DNA from: a virus
Taxonomy: Duplodnaviria > Caudoviricetes
Direction: 5' to 3' (one strand)
Virus record (IMG/VR): IMGVR_UViG_3300020325_000034
Span: 1 to 37,256 of that record
Length of the DNA stretch: 37,256 bases
Part shown: positions 36,640 through 37,256 of the stretch, piece after piece
How the letters are laid out: each line of letters begins with the position of its first letter
How positions within the stretch are numbered: the stretch's first letter is position 1
Position numbers and translations under genes: made by a program
Notes under the pieces: model-generated
What the model was told of the DNA's origin: nothing
Seen by the model: only the letters and a program-made list of their open reading frames with translations
The model's database searches: none

Positions 36640-36837
36640 CTAATCCAATTCGTAGCAGGTAGACCTTGCTAGTTCTGGATTTTTTTGCAGTGCTCTGTGA
36701 ACATGACCATGAACATCAACTTCAATAGTATGATGTGCTCTGGTGTGAACCAGTTCAATCATTCCCAGACACCCAACAAATACCAGATTGAGAACTGTCA
36801 CGGGGTGGAAGACCACCCCCAGGATTTTCTTGATCAC
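36640..36837 (-). CDS. Small hypothetical membrane protein (65 aa, His-rich C-terminal half)
   Basis: GTGA overlap with the gp32 stop; hydrophobic N-terminal segment. Confidence 0.65.
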   Translation of the reverse strand: MIKKILGVVFHPVTVLNLVFVGCLGMIELVHTRAHHTIEVDVHGHVHRALQKNPELARSTCYELD

Positions 36838-37256
36838 TCTTCAGCAAGTTTGGCGAAGTAGGACAGGGCATCATCGTCTTCAACGATTGCTTCTTCCTTC
36901 ACAGGAGAGGGAGCACTCATCTGCTGACGGAACGATGACTGAGGTGTGATGTCAGCATCGTTGAACCCACCAGTAGCGGCAACGGGTTCGTACTCTTCAT
37001 CATCAACAGAGGGACGAGAGACAGGACGGGAACCAATGCCAAGGACAAGGTTCAGACGACGCTCAAGATCCTCGTAGGACTTGAACTGATCCTTGGAAGT
37101 GAATGCCTCAAGAGAGTGCTCAGACTTCCAGATGTTCTCAAGATCACTATCATCTGCACTCAGTGCAGCAACAGAATCAAACTCAGAAGAATCATAGTTC
37201 CAGTATCCTGCAACCTTCTTGATCTTCAGTTTGAAGTTAGCACCTTCCCAAAGGTC
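36834..37256 (-). CDS. gp32: Single-stranded DNA-binding protein gp32, 3' part (5'-truncated by the window edge)
   Basis: Manual translation DLWEGANFKLKIKKVAGYWNYDSSEF...FKSYEDL...acidic tail DDDALSYFAKLAEE*. Confidence 0.95.
   Translation of the reverse strand, partial: DLWEGANFKLKIKKVAGYWNYDSSEFDSVAALSADDSDLENIWKSEHSLEAFTSKDQFKSYEDLERRLNLVLGIGSRPVSRPSVDDEEYEPVAATGGFNDADITPQSSFRQQMSAPSPVKEEAIVEDDDALSYFAKLAEE

Noticed and set aside
36802-36819. Hairpin GGGGTGG-N4-CCACCCC after gp32 as a terminator
   Set aside because: It has no U-tract on either strand and lies inside the next ORF; it may be a stabilising hairpin but cannot be called.

Overview
The window is part of a T4-like marine cyanomyovirus genome, most likely infecting Synechococcus, and is mostly transcribed on the minus strand. 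It covers the tail and baseplate region: gp32 (3' part), gp53, gp48, gp2, gp4, a gp54-like gene, gp26, gp51, a tape-measure-like protein with two muralytic domains, a hub protein, a split gp5, a 4200-aa virion protein, two tail-collar fibre genes and two modular fibre genes. One of the fibre genes runs off the left edge and is missing from the ORF track. CP12 is inserted among the baseplate genes. An accessory island holds a beta-barrel outer-membrane protein, a 2OG-Fe(II) oxygenase, a glutaredoxin-like protein, a CpeT bilin lyase, four tRNAs and several structured non-coding elements. The main finding is that the 4200-aa virion protein appears to contain five nested phycobiliprotein-like (globin-fold) domains. 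They keep the Cys84-type C-x-R-D and Cys155-type bilin attachment motifs, and the gene lies about 500 bp downstream of the phage CpeT lyase. This suggests a bilin-carrying, possibly light-responsive, virion appendage. A second finding is a probable lambda G/GT-type -1 frameshift joining gp26 to gp51 just before the tape-measure gene. All assignments come from motif recognition by eye; no searches were run.
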